Of a stretch of DNA of 64,000 nucleotides, positions 63,240 to 64,000 are shown one piece after another (position 1 is the stretch's first letter; each line of letters starts with the position of its first letter). The notes beneath the pieces were generated by a model. That model made no database searches. It was not told the origin of the DNA and saw nothing but the letters and a program-made list of their open reading frames with translations. This DNA comes from Acidimicrobiales bacterium (GTDB lineage Bacteria > Actinomycetota > Acidimicrobiia > Acidimicrobiales > Palsa-688), in assembly GCA_035294565.1 (NCBI GenBank), contig DATGKR010000009.1, forward strand, positions 7,193 to 71,192, given 5' to 3'. Both the position numbers and the translations under genes were made by a program.

Positions 63240-64000
63240 ATGGCCGGACCGCTGGCAGGGTGCAGGGTGGTGGAGTTGGCTGGGATCGGGCCGGGACCCT
63301 TCGCCGGGATGATGCTCTCCGACATGGGAGCGGAAGTCGTGAGGGTCGACCGGGCGGAGGCCGTGCGCGAAGGGGCCCCTCCCCCCGTGCACGACGTGCT
63401 GGGCAGGGGGCGGCGCTCGGTGGCGGTCGACCTGAAGACACCGGAGGGCCGCGAAGTCGTGCTGCGCCTCGCCGAGCGCGCCGACGCGCTGATAGAGGGC
63501 TTCCGCCCCGGGGTCACAGAGCGGCTCGGCGTCGGCCCCGACGACTGCCTGTCCAGGAACCCGCGGCTCGTCTACGGGCGGATGACCGGATGGGGCCAGA
63601 CCGGGCCGTACGCTAAAGCCGCCGGCCACGACATCAACTACATAGCCCTGTCGGGCACGTTGGAGATGATCGGCCGCAAGGACCAGGCGCCCGTCCCGCC
63701 GCTGAACCTGGTCGGCGACTTCGGCGGCGGGGGGATGCTGCTGGCGTTCGGGGTGGTGTGCGCCATGCTGGAATCCGCCCGCTCCGGCAAAGGGCAGGTC
63801 GTCGACGCGGCGATGGTAGACGGCGCCGCCCTGCTCGCGGCGATGATGCACGGGATGCGGGCGAGCGGCATGTGGAGGCCCGAGCGCGGCACCAACCTGC
63901 TCGACACCGGAGCGTGGTTCTACGACGCCTACGAAACGGCAGACGGCAAGTACATTTCCATCGGCTCGATCGAGCCACAGTTCCTGGCCGAACTGGTCCG
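63240..64000 (+). CDS. family III CoA-transferase (CaiB/BaiF; alpha-methylacyl-CoA racemase-like), 3' end beyond window
   Basis: Not in the track because it runs off the window. My translation from ATG 63240 gives [38 protein letters not shown]...[22 protein letters not shown]...[31 protein letters not shown]...[12 protein letters not shown]. Confidence 0.85.
   Translation, partial: MAGPLAGCRVVELAGIGPGPFAGMMLSDMGAEVVRVDRAEAVREGAPPPVHDVLGRGRRSVAVDLKTPEGREVVLRLAERADALIEGFRPGVTERLGVGPDDCLSRNPRLVYGRMTGWGQTGPYAKAAGHDINYIALSGTLEMIGRKDQAPVPPLNLVGDFGGGGMLLAFGVVCAMLESARSGKGQVVDAAMVDGAALLAAMMHGMRASGMWRPERGTNLLDTGAWFYDAYETADGKYISIGSIEPQFLAELV

Overview
Very GC-rich window that reads as conserved chromosomal backbone of an Actinomycetota-like genome. 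That placement is an inference from gene content and order, possibly an Acidimicrobiia-type lineage, and I cannot confirm it. The core syntenic run on the + strand is tRNA-Pro, tig, clpP, clpX, folC, ndk, mreB, mreC, mreD, rodA, a radical-SAM pair, rne, rplU, rpmA, obg, proB, gnd-like, proA. Further on come nadD, rsfS, ettA, kgd, xthA and a uvrD2-like helicase. Three accessory stretches interrupt it.

(i) 1.8-13.7 kb, bounded by tRNA-Gly and tRNA-Pro:
- Kelch surface protein
- secreted Cys-rich protein
- OmpR/HisKA two-component pair
- NOX-like reductase + FMN-binding protein + ApbE operon
- SGNH hydrolase, alpha/beta hydrolase, GNAT, methyltransferase

(ii) 33-42.4 kb on the - strand:
- class II DAHP synthase
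- sulfite reductase-cysH operon
- coiled-coil GH73-like wall hydrolase
- MoxR AAA+ and CoxE-type VWA proteins

(iii) 43.6-48.2 kb and 53.8-56 kb:
- alpha/beta hydrolase
- WS/DGAT coupled to a PQQ-like propeller lipoprotein
- HAD hydrolase
- NYN-S1 RNase-like protein

I found no rRNA, CRISPR array, transposase, integrase or phage genes.

Most interesting observations:
- a sulfite reductase carrying a C-terminal MoaD/ThiS-like domain that ends in GG-AL
- a NOX-like dihaem reductase / FMN-binding protein / ApbE trio facing a two-component system
- a Regnase-type NYN RNase fused to an S1 domain and a lysine-rich tail
- obg with no canonical start codon, apparently starting at AUC right after the in-frame rpmA UGA
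- mreBCD-rodA without a PBP2 gene
- an AT-rich, palindrome-dense regulatory island upstream of the sulfite reductase operon

All calls come from reading the translations and the DNA by eye. No database search was run, so family names are recognition-based and novelty cannot be verified. Many long ORFs in the supplied track are antisense or out-of-frame artefacts of high GC. Several true starts lie well inside the listed ORFs, and those starts are my inference.
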